A DNA stretch of 64,000 nucleotides from a virus (IMGVR_UViG_3300047567_000025:96001-160000); one strand, 5' to 3'. Positions 41,306 to 53,586 are shown, counted from the first letter of the stretch. Made by a program: numbers and translations. The notes: generated from the letters alone by a model not told the origin.

Positions 41306-44300
41306 TTAAATAATACGAATTGGTTTAGTATTAGGAAATGTCGAATGCAGCCACATGCCATTATATGATTTATCAATAATGACATATACACCGGTCTTTA
41401 TAAATGATATAATTTTCACAGTATTATCAATATCATCAATATTTCCATCTGATTTTTTAGATATATATAATGTAAAATATCGAGAGCTAAATCCAGACGC
41501 AAATATTACAAAATCATTAGTATCGCTTCTGACATTGAGTTTGATATGCTGGTTATTTATTAATTCCATTCTATCGCGATGAGTTGTTAAAAATAAAGGA
41601 TTTGTTGTCTCTTCATACCGCCATATATTATCAAATAATTTAATAATATCTATATTTGGTATGTCGACTAATCCTAACGATTGAACTGTCTCGTGATTTA
41701 AAGAAATGCCATTTATCGATGGAATATTATATAATGTATTATAGTCAATAGATCCTTCAGGATCATTATATGACAACCCCATCAATATGTCATCTTCGAT
41801 ATCTCGGTTGTTTGTATCTGATATAATATTACCAATATAATCCTGTATTGGATGATGCTGATTTGCATTAAACATATATCGGATATCTTGTTTAGTTATA
41901 TTGGAATTACTTAGTAAAGCCAATTTATATGATGAAAAGGCTTTACCATTCAAATCAACATAAACGTTACCTTTCCGTATGATATTGGAATCCTTCGTAT
42001 CATCAACAAGTTCAACTAATTCAAAATTGTGTAATGACCTGAGGTTGCATAGCTGAAGAGTTGTTGGTGATAATATAATCAAGTCTTTGCTATTATTAAT
42101 ATATCGCCCATTTATCCAAAATTCATATCTATCGCGTGATAATGGTGTTGGTATATATCCAGTAACATCAATGAATCCATTTTCAGGAATTATATGTGCT
42201 GAATATCTGCAAATTCCAATATAGTTAGACTTAATTAATTTAACATCAGGATTTATAGATGTATCTATAGACAATCTGTTTGTATGTGAGTTTCTGCGAA
42301 TATCCGATAATGGCAATCTGATTTTATTTTTTGTATCGAAATAATATTCGAATGGATTAAATATAGCGCTGTTGTTAATCATAACAACATCACTGGAAGT
42401 CTTCTCATATTTATTGTTAAATATGATTTTTGTTTGCTTGCTTGTATCGATTGTATTATCATCATGCGGTACAAATATGCATTCGTTTGGTATTTCTTTA
42501 TGTATTGCCAATGAACTTGGTATCCGCATCCATGCACCTTTATCATCAATCAAGTTTTCCTTATCAAATGATATTTTTACCGTTATAATACCGCCACATG
42601 TTTTATACATATCATCTTTGAAAACAGTGCATATGAATTCACCTGCAACTACTTTGTCCATTGATGAGTTCGTTATCGATATTATTTGTTTATCATCTAT
42701 CAAAGCAGTTACTGCTTCAAACATAATGTTTCCTATATTACCATCATAAACACTACTTTCATTATTTTGAATACATAGTAATTTAATCGTGCGGCCATGT
42801 ATAAATGAATCGATTGGTTGATTGATAGTAACATCATACTTTGGAATTTTAAATTGCATCGTAGACGTTACGTCTTTAAAAGGCAAACGTACATACATAT
42901 CAAATTTTGTGAAATCATATGTAACGCCATTATTATAAATAGACACATCACATAATCTAATCACAGGTGCATTTGTATATTTACCAGTTCTTCTCGGGCG
43001 TATTATATGAAATGAATTTGCAATTGATATATCAGTCGGCGGATTATAACTATCAAAAATATATGATTCATTACAATCAAAATGCTTCCTTATCCGAATA
43101 TTATCGTAAGGATTAGCAGATGATGTTATATCATTTAATGAGTATACTGATTTAAAACGAACATCACATATATTATTAGATGAATGTATATCGTCAAATA
43201 CTTTTGACGACTTATATGAAATATATATTAACAATTCTTTTGACGGAACGAATCCAGATTTTGGGATAATTGATATAGAATGTAATACATTGTTTGTTGA
43301 ATAACTATCACATTCATCGATTTTGACAGCATTAACCATGTTTGTGCTAACTGAATACATATTTGGATTTATCCAGCACTTATGCTCCCAATCATATATG
43401 TATAATTCCAATTTGTCTGTAAATGGTATATCTCCGATATTTGACATAAATGAATGCGACAATTTAGCTCTGCCATTGGCAATATAAACAAGTGCGTCTT
43501 CATATGCACGAACATTATACCATGTTGTCGGTGATTCTAGTTGCTTGATATATGAGTCCATTCGTTTCTGAAACTCTATTTCATGTTCCTTGCCACGCTG
43601 GATTGAGTCAATCTGATTAATAATTCTTTCTCTTTCATAGTCTGTAGTAGCTCGCTCAAGTTGCTCTTTATATAAGACAAGTGCTCTTTCAAAATCAGGT
43701 ATCTTTGCTTCTGAACTACTCTTATACTGCTCAAATGTTTCAATTTCCTGATCCCATACAGCATGATCATTTGGCTCTTCTCTTAAAATAGGATATTTCT
43801 CCGGATTTGTCATAGTATCAAAGTCATGGTTTATCATTTTGATAGTAATTTCATCATCAATGTTATTTATACATCCATTGCCAATATAAATAAATCTATG
43901 TTGCTTATGTTCATCGTCGATAATATTATTTGGTACGAGAGAATTGAAAATCCATTGTAGACGGGTATATACATATGGCATATTGTTTTGCACATATATA
44001 GGATCTCCTGGGACAGAATAAGCATCCTTAACATTCTCATCTGAAATATCAACGTTAATATTTGCTAACGAGTTCGAATAAGTATTGAATGACGTATCGT
44101 TATATTCATCCAGGAAGTTTGATATATTATCAGCAATAATTGAGCATTTAATATTTGTTGTTAAGTAGCGTGTTATTTCATCTTCATCGTCAATACTAAA
44201 CCATTTACATTTTTTAGAATCAACGATTGCTTCAACAAATCCTTTATTTATTGAATGATCTATTGCTGTTATTATTATCGGAAATATATAGCGTTTATCA

Positions 44301-47300
44301 TCCGTAGAGACATATACATGTTGTCCAACATGATATCTACTACCTATAGAAGTAATAGATCCGTTTTCATTAAATGGTATATGAAATACTTGTACTGGCT
44401 TAAAGAATATTTTTTTTGAAACATTTTTTCCAAATTCTTGATTTATAATTCCATTAATAGTCTGATTATTAATAAAGATACGATCGATTGATCCTGGAAG
44501 CAATGACTTTGGCTGTAATATCATCTCAGACGTGTGATCGAGCTGTGTAAAATGATTACCTGCAAGCATTTCATAATTCATATTGCTTGATTTTTTATTA
44601 ACAATTAATCCATCCGGATTTATATCAAATGACTCATGTATATTTTCAATATCAATTTTAATATTGCTAATATTTAAAATCTGTTTAAATTTACCAACGA
44701 CTGTTGCTGACGATGATACCTTGCTAAATGTCAAAGAGCAATCAATTGTTTCTATAGTATTACCAGTTGCATCAATGATATTTAACTTGCATCCAGATAT
44801 TGAATCTCCATTAAAGAATGCATATTCGCATATTTTTATTAAAGAATTAATATAATATTTCCCATCGATCAATTCAACTATTGGCTTGAATATCATAGTG
44901 ATATCACCAATTAAACTTGTTCCGACAGGTGGATAAAAGTGACTATCCCTTGGTAATGTTATTGATGCAAATATTGGCTTTACTTGATAGCTTAGTTGAC
45001 TATCATATGTGATTCTATCAAGGGTATACATGCTAAATATATATTTTTTAAATATTGAATCACAATATTTGACGAGAGGTACTATGTGAGAATAGTGCAA
45101 TGACGTTGTTAAAGATGATAGTAAATTAATCATATCATCTATTACAGGTATTCTTGTATCCTGATATGCTTTACATGATTGACTCAGCTGATCGAATGTT
45201 TCTGCATTAATACCATCTATGATTATTGTGCTATTTGAAATAGCATTACCTAGATTTTTGATCAATTCAGAATCGATCGAATTAAGCCACTGCTTATACT
45301 GGTAAGGATTCATACATGTATTTATCTTCTTTAATGTTAGATATATCTTTCGTGCATAATCCAATATATAATTATCAAATCCTTTGTTTATGTATATTTG
45401 CTTCAGTATTGATAATATACGATTGAAGAATATTATAACCGAGATAGTCTTTCCATTAAATGTACATGTGCCTATTGTATCAATTTTACTTGTCATATCA
45501 TTAAATAATGATATTATTGGATTATTTGTTATGATAGACTCGACAATATTTGATATGGTATAATATTCAAATGAAGTTTCATGATCATGATAATATTTTG
45601 CAATTGCATAAATATGCTTTTGCAATGTTTCAATACCACTTTCGATACGAGAGCGCTGGTTATATGAAATATTATAGTTCGTTTGTAAATCACTGATGTA
45701 ATCATAAACAGAAGATATATATGACATTATTAATTTTGCAATATAGATATCATTATGATATGATTTTGTTTGATATCCATGTGATGATATATCTCTATAT
45801 TGCACGAAATATTGTTTGTCAATGTCAGCATCTGCTATTAACGGATATGATATATTATTGTCATATGAATTAAAAGTATATCTATACAATGATTTTATCG
45901 TCGGCGCGCCTGTATTATCAGTTATGATAGGTAGACCGTAGAACATATATTGACCACTAATCTCTGGTAATTTTGATGAATCAATATCAATTGTATTAGG
46001 AGCTAAAGAAAATTGAGAATAATCGATATCAAATGAATCCTTTCCATCAAACAGTTGACTGATACAGATATCAGAATATCTATTGCTAAATTTATTATGC
46101 GTTAACGAATTAAGAAAAAACGATTGAAGTTTATCTTCATTATCATATAACATGGATAATGTATAATAAAGAAAATTAATCGCAAATGGAGCACGATCGT
46201 CATCTTCACCCGCATGAATATTATCAGATGTAATGTTAGATACTTCGTAATTGATATCAGATGGATAAATATCAATGATGTCATCACCTGATATTTTTCT
46301 TTTAAGTATTTTAGAAAGTACCTGTGTACATGTTTCACCATCATATTTATTATATAACATCTTTGATATCTTGAGCAATTTATTCTCGGCATACCAATAA
46401 CGGATGTATCCAATATGATTATTTACTTCTGAATAGAATGCATCAAAATCTAATACGGTGTTCATATCAAGCGGATTTACATCTTTCTCTATAGGAGATT
46501 TTGTATCAGTATATAGCACGAAGAATTTAAATATTTCATCACCAGCAAGATTTTCATCAATGTAGAATGCGTTTTGAATACCATTGAAGTGTTTAATCAA
46601 AGGCGATGCAAATAGCCAACATTCTTCAGTACGACTATATTGCATTGTAATAAAGCATTGTTCTGTTACAGGACGATTGAAACGAGTGAAATTTTCATTT
46701 ACAAAATAATTATTTGATAAATTACTTAAATTTGCGAAGTTTGCTAATGTATTATTTCTGAATGGCTTTGTTATTGTATTAACAAATATCTGATAATTAT
46801 TATCGTAGAATTCATCAATAACATATTTCTGAAGGTCGGTAATTGATGTAACCTTGCGAAGCTCATCTATGTTATCCAATAACGTTGCAAACAATGTGAT
46901 TGATTCAGTTGATACTAACGATGTTAATATACTACCTTGCAGATAATCATTGTAACATTTCGAAAGGTCATCATAAATATCATTTAAAGGATATATTATG
47001 TCTTCATACAGATGATTATCATCTAATGAATTATAATGTATAGCACTTCCGATATTTCTAAATGATGAATCATATTTTATCATTCGATTGTACATGTCGA
47101 GACAATTTAAAATAATTTTAAATGATAAATTGATTGGTCTATCTAGTACTATAGGAGGTGTGCATACTTCAAGTGCATTAATATTGTTTGCTGAGCTAGC
47201 AACTATCTTATTTCCATCAACATCAACGACTCTACTTTCATCGTCTGTGAATACATGTCGTGAATCTATAATATCATAATAATTACAAGCAGGATATACA

Positions 47301-48262
47301 TTAGGTACTTCATGCAAATATCTAAATATATATATTACGGCAGTAACTGTTTCTGATTTATAATGAGATATATCATCCAATGTTCGTTTTTGTATATTAT
47401 TAATAGATAAGCCTGAATCATTAAAGATGCCATAGTTCGGAACACTTGGTACTGTTTTCGAGAAATCTTTATCATATATATTTATCAGACATTTCATATC
47501 TGACACATTAATATTATCATTAAGATTATTCAATTGCGAAAATGGAATCTTTCCTTCCAAAATATAGGATGAATCTATATCATATGATCTAACAAGAGAT
47601 TCATCCAGCTTATATATAATAAAATCAACATCAGCAGAATATTTCCAGCCAATCTTAAACTTAAAGCCTTTGTCATCAATCGCAATCATGCAATCGTTAC
47701 ATATAAATCCATTTACGGTACATAATATTGTGAATCCCAATATGTCTGATATATCGCTCATCACAAATTCATTTATTGGAATAAAATATTCATTTTCTGT
47801 AGTATGCATTTTGCATAACTTTTGACGAATAAATTCATCTCTATCTCCAAAATGTAATTGATTAAAAGGGACATCAATCATATAGTAATGAGCCGATTTA
47901 TCCATATACACATGATCTCGATCCATATTATTACAATGAAACATGACTGCATGCGTATTTACCAACATACTACTCATTGCATTTTTTAAAGAGATATCGT
48001 ATGTTTCAATTAATGATTGATTTATATCCTCGAATGTATAATTTGATCGACTCATTAAGTCTATAAGTCTATCAAAGCCTGCGTTGTTTCCTACAACACC
48101 AAATGGTTGCTCACTTAATAATTGTGATGACATGTCTATGAGTGTTTTATAACGTTCACCAACATCAATAGCTTTAGTATCATTATATGATTCTTTACCA
48201 TCACGAATACCTGTCAAATACCGATGTTGCTCATAAAACCATTTATTGTAGTTCATTATCAT
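41306..48262 (-). CDS. very large putative virion structural protein (2318 aa)
   Basis: Uninterrupted 6.96-kb ORF; SD GGAGAGGA; late motif AAACGAATCAGTAA at 48296..48309; no catalytic motif recognised. Confidence 0.6.
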   Translation of the reverse strand: MIMNYNKWFYEQHRYLTGIRDGKESYNDTKAIDVGERYKTLIDMSSQLLSEQPFGVVGNNAGFDRLIDLMSRSNYTFEDINQSLIETYDISLKNAMSSMLVNTHAVMFHCNNMDRDHVYMDKSAHYYMIDVPFNQLHFGDRDEFIRQKLCKMHTTENEYFIPINEFVMSDISDILGFTILCTVNGFICNDCMIAIDDKGFKFKIGWKYSADVDFIIYKLDESLVRSYDIDSSYILEGKIPFSQLNNLNDNINVSDMKCLINIYDKDFSKTVPSVPNYGIFNDSGLSINNIQKRTLDDISHYKSETVTAVIYIFRYLHEVPNVYPACNYYDIIDSRHVFTDDESRVVDVDGNKIVASSANNINALEVCTPPIVLDRPINLSFKIILNCLDMYNRMIKYDSSFRNIGSAIHYNSLDDNHLYEDIIYPLNDIYDDLSKCYNDYLQGSILTSLVSTESITLFATLLDNIDELRKVTSITDLQKYVIDEFYDNNYQIFVNTITKPFRNNTLANFANLSNLSNNYFVNENFTRFNRPVTEQCFITMQYSRTEECWLFASPLIKHFNGIQNAFYIDENLAGDEIFKFFVLYTDTKSPIEKDVNPLDMNTVLDFDAFYSEVNNHIGYIRYWYAENKLLKISKMLYNKYDGETCTQVLSKILKRKISGDDIIDIYPSDINYEVSNITSDNIHAGEDDDRAPFAINFLYYTLSMLYDNEDKLQSFFLNSLTHNKFSNRYSDICISQLFDGKDSFDIDYSQFSLAPNTIDIDSSKLPEISGQYMFYGLPIITDNTGAPTIKSLYRYTFNSYDNNISYPLIADADIDKQYFVQYRDISSHGYQTKSYHNDIYIAKLIMSYISSVYDYISDLQTNYNISYNQRSRIESGIETLQKHIYAIAKYYHDHETSFEYYTISNIVESIITNNPIISLFNDMTSKIDTIGTCTFNGKTISVIIFFNRILSILKQIYINKGFDNYILDYARKIYLTLKKINTCMNPYQYKQWLNSIDSELIKNLGNAISNSTIIIDGINAETFDQLSQSCKAYQDTRIPVIDDMINLLSSLTTSLHYSHIVPLVKYCDSIFKKYIFSMYTLDRITYDSQLSYQVKPIFASITLPRDSHFYPPVGTSLIGDITMIFKPIVELIDGKYYINSLIKICEYAFFNGDSISGCKLNIIDATGNTIETIDCSLTFSKVSSSATVVGKFKQILNISNIKIDIENIHESFDINPDGLIVNKKSSNMNYEMLAGNHFTQLDHTSEMILQPKSLLPGSIDRIFINNQTINGIINQEFGKNVSKKIFFKPVQVFHIPFNENGSITSIGSRYHVGQHVYVSTDDKRYIFPIIITAIDHSINKGFVEAIVDSKKCKWFSIDDEDEITRYLTTNIKCSIIADNISNFLDEYNDTSFNTYSNSLANINVDISDENVKDAYSVPGDPIYVQNNMPYVYTRLQWIFNSLVPNNIIDDEHKQHRFIYIGNGCINNIDDEITIKMINHDFDTMTNPEKYPILREEPNDHAVWDQEIETFEQYKSSSEAKIPDFERALVLYKEQLERATTDYERERIINQIDSIQRGKEHEIEFQKRMDSYIKQLESPTTWYNVRAYEDALVYIANGRAKLSHSFMSNIGDIPFTDKLELYIYDWEHKCWINPNMYSVSTNMVNAVKIDECDSYSTNNVLHSISIIPKSGFVPSKELLIYISYKSSKVFDDIHSSNNICDVRFKSVYSLNDITSSANPYDNIRIRKHFDCNESYIFDSYNPPTDISIANSFHIIRPRRTGKYTNAPVIRLCDVSIYNNGVTYDFTKFDMYVRLPFKDVTSTMQFKIPKYDVTINQPIDSFIHGRTIKLLCIQNNESSVYDGNIGNIMFEAVTALIDDKQIISITNSSMDKVVAGEFICTVFKDDMYKTCGGIITVKISFDKENLIDDKGAWMRIPSSLAIHKEIPNECIFVPHDDNTIDTSKQTKIIFNNKYEKTSSDVVMINNSAIFNPFEYYFDTKNKIRLPLSDIRRNSHTNRLSIDTSINPDVKLIKSNYIGICRYSAHIIPENGFIDVTGYIPTPLSRDRYEFWINGRYINNSKDLIILSPTTLQLCNLRSLHNFELVELVDDTKDSNIIRKGNVYVDLNGKAFSSYKLALLSNSNITKQDIRYMFNANQHHPIQDYIGNIISDTNNRDIEDDILMGLSYNDPEGSIDYNTLYNIPSINGISLNHETVQSLGLVDIPNIDIIKLFDNIWRYEETTNPLFLTTHRDRMELINNQHIKLNVRSDTNDFVIFASGFSSRYFTLYISKKSDGNIDDIDNTVKIISFIKTGVYVIIDKSYNGMWLHSTFPNTKPIRII

Positions 48263-48311
48263 TATCTAATCATCCTCTCCTGTTATATCAAAGACTTACT
48301 GATTCGTTTAT

Positions 48312-48613
48312 ATTTCTATTTCTATTTTTTTATTTTCTAAACATATATTTTTATAATGTAGGGGTTGATGTAATATAGTGATAATTACATCAATGGAAAA
48401 GGTGAGGATATTAGACTAATTAAAGATTAGAAAGCTAAATAAGCTAATAAGCTTAATAAGCTAATATTACTATTTCTTAATTTCTATTTTTTTATTTTCT
48501 AAACATATATTTTTATAATGTAGGGGTTGATGTAATATAGTGATAATTACATCAATGGAAAAGTTGTGATATTAACTAATTAAAGATTAGAAAGCTAAGT
48601 AAGCTAATATTAC
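48312..48613 (+). repeat. tandem array 3: two units (period 162 bp)
   Basis: Same core as arrays 1 and 2; hairpins at 48366 and 48528. Confidence 0.97.
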
Positions 48614-48643
48614 AAATATAATACTAAAAGGAGTAAATAAGTA

Positions 48644-49003
48644 ATGTATGATTTGACGTTTAAAGTTAAGCAACATGGAACATATCAGGGAATGACGTAT
48701 ATTATATTTTCATCGGCATCCGGATACTATAGATGCTATATAGGAATTCCCCAAAAGCAATGGCATGATGAAATCATCTATACTAAATTTAATAAAAGAA
48801 TGACTATAGGTGATAGATTTCTCAAAAGGCAATATCCCAATTTATCATTAAAAGATATTGATAATATTTGGATGTGTTTTGTTGCAAATAGTGATACTTC
48901 ATATGATAATTATGATAACACAAAAGATTTTGACCGATATATGTTGCATGAATGTCATGATGTGATAAATCGTATCATAGATGTTACCGATAATGCACAT
49001 TGA
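48644..49003 (+). CDS. hypothetical protein
   Basis: SD AAGGAG directly after array 3; terminator follows. Confidence 0.6.
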   Translation: MYDLTFKVKQHGTYQGMTYIIFSSASGYYRCYIGIPQKQWHDEIIYTKFNKRMTIGDRFLKRQYPNLSLKDIDNIWMCFVANSDTSYDNYDNTKDFDRYMLHECHDVINRIIDVTDNAH

Positions 49004-49014
49004 CAAAAAATATG

Positions 49015-49040
49015 TATTGGGGGCTTAATAGCCCCCAATA
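49015..49040. terminator. bidirectional terminator
   Basis: TATTGGGGGCT-TAAT-AGCCCCCAATA. Confidence 0.8.
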
Positions 49041-49043
49041 TAA

Positions 49044-52000
49044 TTATTTACTTTCCCATATTTTTCGCATTTTATTTTTTGTTTCAATCAAGACTTTGTT
49101 TGCTGATGCTGTTATCATTACAGAAGGTATCATACGTTTAAATATCGATGCTGGTGCAACAAACATAGATATTTCCTCTTCAGGCTTTCCCTCAGCATAA
49201 GGTTCAAGTCCTTCTGGAATTACCTCTGAAATTATTTGCTTAGAAGCACCATATGCAACTGCTTTATCACCAGTTGATGCTTCATCACTATGCTCAATAT
49301 ATATTTCGATAAGAATATCACATGTTATTCCTTTTATAGTAGATCCTTTTAGTGGTTCTGTTGGTAAAGAATATAATGTATCCAGCTTATATACCGAATC
49401 ACTTTTATCATATTTATCAAGTATTTTTCTTTTTCGTTTATTTGTGTTGAAATAATCCTCAAATAATTTAAATAGTGAAGGCGACAACTTGTCCATACTT
49501 TTAACAGTATACATACGGACATCAACAACAGTACCTGCATGTTTAGCCTTCATGATTCGTTTTGCTGCGTTAATTATATTATTATTATTAGATTTATCGG
49601 TATTATTTTGAAATGCTTTAAGAAAATTATCAACAGAGGTATCACCTGTATTTCCCAAGCCAAATACAATTAATGGATCATTGATTTCAACTTCGTCACC
49701 AACTTTTACAATTGATTCAATATCATCTGTTACATCTATTTTCATAGACTCCATCATCGTTAAATTTGTTTTAAGAAGCTTTGACATCTTTGTTGTAATA
49801 ATACCAGCATCTTCGTATGTTGAATATATACCAGTAAAAGCAATTTTTGCCATAGGTCCAATATTCATACGAACAAGTCCTGCAGAATCCTTATGGAAGA
49901 ACTTCTCATGATATGCTAATATGTCATTCTTTTTAAATTTATCATTAACTTCGAAATTTGATTGTAACCTATTATTTACATAAAAGCCGGAGCCTGTATT
50001 GAATGAATATTTATTATCAACGTTGATAGCTTGTTTCTTGCCATTCTTATACTGTACGACCATATATCCATCTGCAATTTCTAGTACAGTTCCATCATCT
50101 TGTGCTGTTACTGCAAATTCATCTGATAGATATGTTGGTACGATTTCATCAACTCCATTAGAAACGATAGCTGGTTCAGCACCATCTGTTGATAGGATAT
50201 GCGATGTTTGTGATGTAGCGATTGCTGTACGAATAGAATCATCTCGTGTTACCGTTCCAGGTGTCAATAATTCTGAGAATGATGCTAATTGTAAATCATT
50301 GAAATCTGTTTCAATTCCATCTGTTGACGTATATCCTCTGACAGATTCTATTTTTGGGTCAGCAACAAGCTGTCTTGTTATACCAACCGTACCATTATTA
50401 GGTGATGATATTGCCATTTTACCAATCATGGTGCTATCATATGTTCGCTTATCAAGTGAATATGCACGATCGTCATTTACACCTTTGAAACCTTTCTTAG
50501 TTATATTCTCTTTTGAATGCAATTCGACCATTGGATTTAAAGCTGATGATGGCTCAACGTTTGGAACTGCCAATAATTCATTAATTACTTCATTTGGATT
50601 AAATGCTAATGAATTACCACGTGTTTTAGAGCCAATATTATTATTGTATCTTGAGATTGCAACTGCTAATCTGTAATGTATTATAGCAGGGATTATTTCA
50701 GATGAGCGTATACGATACAACGATGAGGCATTCTCATTAGTATAGTTATTATCAGCTAATAAATTTGATGCATATATCAACATTCCAGTTATATCATTCG
50801 GAATATTATAATGACTACATACATCTTCAGTTATAGCATCAACAAAGAAATTATAATATGTAATAAATGTTGTTAGCTGTGAATACTGTTTAAAGAATTG
50901 CTGATTGAATATATCGACAAATACAGAATTAGTATTCATGATTGGAATATCAAAATCAGACACATTAAATGCTTTAGTATTAATACGATAGAAACCATTA
51001 AAGATTAATTGATTTGCTATAGTATTTGCTATGGCAAGCGTTTTATCCTTAAATGGAATACGTAAATAACCCGTATCATCAAAAGAACTATCAACAAATT
51101 GATATTTACATCCAGCTTTTTTTAGTATAGTGCTTAAACCTTCCCATGCTGTTATTGCAACACCTAATGGTACTGTTACACCAATCGTAATTTCAGAAAT
51201 ACATTGAAAGCTTTCCTGGTTTGATTTTTTTATATGTCCCTTTAAGTTCATCTGGTAAAGTATTAAATATAACGTCAGTTAAAGTTATGCCATCTCTAGT
51301 CAATCCTGTTTCTGTGTTAATAACAATTGGTACTTTATTAATCATGCCACAGCAGAACTCATTGTTTTGGACATTTACAAATGTATATGATTTTAAACAT
51401 TGCTGTCTGTTAAAGTATATTTCACATGCACTATCTGTATTAATATATGAAAACCATTTTCTTGCATATTCATCATATTCTATCGTGGAAACGAACCTAG
51501 AATTTGCAGATGTTGAAGATCCATTTTTTACATATTTATTACGACCGGATTCATCAGTTGCTGATTCGATTGTTTTCATCATAATGCTTAAATCAACCAA
51601 TGATCTAGTGTCATACCTATTGACTGTAATCTTATTGTAGTTACTCGTTAAAATAACTTTTTTCTTATTTATTTTGAGTATTGGTATAGGAAAATCTTGC
51701 TTTCCAATATTATACCAAATTCCATTATTATAAAACCTACCATTCATTACTCTTGGAACTCGTATATTTATAATCGATTGCATTCCAGATTGTTTATTTT
51801 TTAGAGTAACCTTCCAGTTATTTGTTAATGAAGTAATCGTACTAACATCAGTAACTTCGACATTAGTCACATAAAATCCATCTGGCAATTTCGAAAGATT
51901 CATAAAGGTAGCTACAATATCTCTATCCATAAGATTATCTTCATATGCTTTTGATATATTTGCAAAAGATGAGCCTCTTACAGAACCTCTATTCGTTGTC

Positions 52001-53331
52001 GTTATTTTCAATGGTGTTAATGGTGCTGGTTTTGGTATATCTGTTATAGATGTGAGTTTATTAAATGTCACATTGTTTAATTTAAGCTGTCCAATTTGCG
52101 TTCTAATCTTTAGCTCTCGTGCAGATGTTGTTGTATTCATAACATTTGTAGCATTTATAGGAGAAGCATCCTTTTCAATCTTTTTAGAAGCGTCTTTTAT
52201 TAGTTTTTCTTCAACCGGATTATCTGACGAATTAATCAATTCTTCTGTAAGTTTCTTATAATTGCTGATGGAATCACTATCAGGAGTTATACGATGAATT
52301 AACTCAGCATTGATATTCAATGTCTTCGCGTTATATAAACTATTTGGTGTACTAATATTATCGTTAAGATGATTTGTTTTGCCATATTTAGCTGCTAATA
52401 ATTCAATTGATGATTTAACAGAATCTGCTGTTGATTTGTTTGATTCTTTAACACCAACGATTTCACCATCTTCTATATCAACATCATCAAGTGAATCAGA
52501 ACTATCATCATCATCAGTATCACCATCATTTTCCGTTGAAAATGAATCTATACTATCACCTGCTTCTTCATTGCTAGTAGCACTCATTTCCATAGGTTTT
52601 CCTATTTCATTAATAACCGATTTTAATTGAATTATATCATTATTATTTAATAATGATAAATCTAATCGATAATCAGCATCTGGTGATCGGAATATAATTA
52701 TAATTGGTAATGGCTTAATCATATCACGATTGTTAAGAATATATGCAGAAAGCAATGCATTGATAACATCTGTTTTGAATGTACTTCTTATTGGATTCTG
52801 ATATATACCAAATCTCTTTGTATCTATAATAAGTACTTTCTGTTTAGAAAAGTTAAATATATTCATTATCTTTGAAAATATATCAAATATATTAGACTGA
52901 ATATACTCTATGCTAAATGATCTGATATGTTGTGTCATTGCTAATATTACTTCTGACATTGGTATATAAATATTATCAGTTATCGTTTTTGGATAAGGCG
53001 GCTTTATATTGGTTAATCTCGGAAGAATATTTTGAGCATTAAGATACATTAGTTTCTTATTATAATCATTTGAATTAACATTAAATCGAAATTGTTTTAT
53101 TCCAATTTTCTCATTAATATTGCTTGGGATTATGATATCTTTATAATCACTTTTAGGGGCTGGCATATGCTTTATTAATTCAATATCATATTCATAAGAA
53201 TCTGATAATAAAAATATCGAGGCATCTTTTTTTTGAGCAGGAAGCTGAAGACGCATCTTATTTGCTGATAAATTATTACCAAATGTAAAACTTGTTGCTT
53301 CTTGAAAATAATGTTTCATTAAATAAATCAC
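49044..53331 (-). CDS. RNA polymerase beta-like subunit (probably virion RNAP), about 1430 aa, frame broken near 51198
   Basis: beta motifs in the 3' ORF: SPNNGTVGI, DDSIRTAIATSQ, YEDAGII, GDK...GASKQIIS, KRM; the 5' ORF overlaps it and ends KPGKLSMYF*. Confidence 0.85.
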
Positions 53332-53409
53332 TCCTTATATGAATTTCAGATTATTAATCTTTAAAATATCGTCACTTATGTATTAATATTATCGAGGAGG
53401 ACATTCTAA

Positions 53410-53586
53410 ATGCAAAATGATGAATATTATACTTGCCGAACATGTGGTGCGAATCTGGATATCGGCGAAGAATGTGAAGATTGCCGAAAGATATATGATA
53501 ATGTTTTCGTAGAAACACGATTGTCAGATTATGAAAATGATGATGGTGAAGGAGGTGATACATTTGAAAACTACAATTACATATAG
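53410..53586 (+). CDS. 58-aa zinc-finger protein
   Basis: Not in the ORF track; SD GAGGAGG; YYTCRTCGANLDIGEECEDC. Confidence 0.65.
   Translation: MQNDEYYTCRTCGANLDIGEECEDCRKIYDNVFVETRLSDYENDDGEGGDTFENYNYI

Noticed and set aside
49999-50676. Antisense and alternate-frame ORFs in the track (e.g. 49999..50676, 14645..15139, 40375..40902, 57368..57862, 323..535)
   Set aside because: They lie inside well-supported genes on the other strand or frame, lack SD sequences, and mirror codon bias or repeats.
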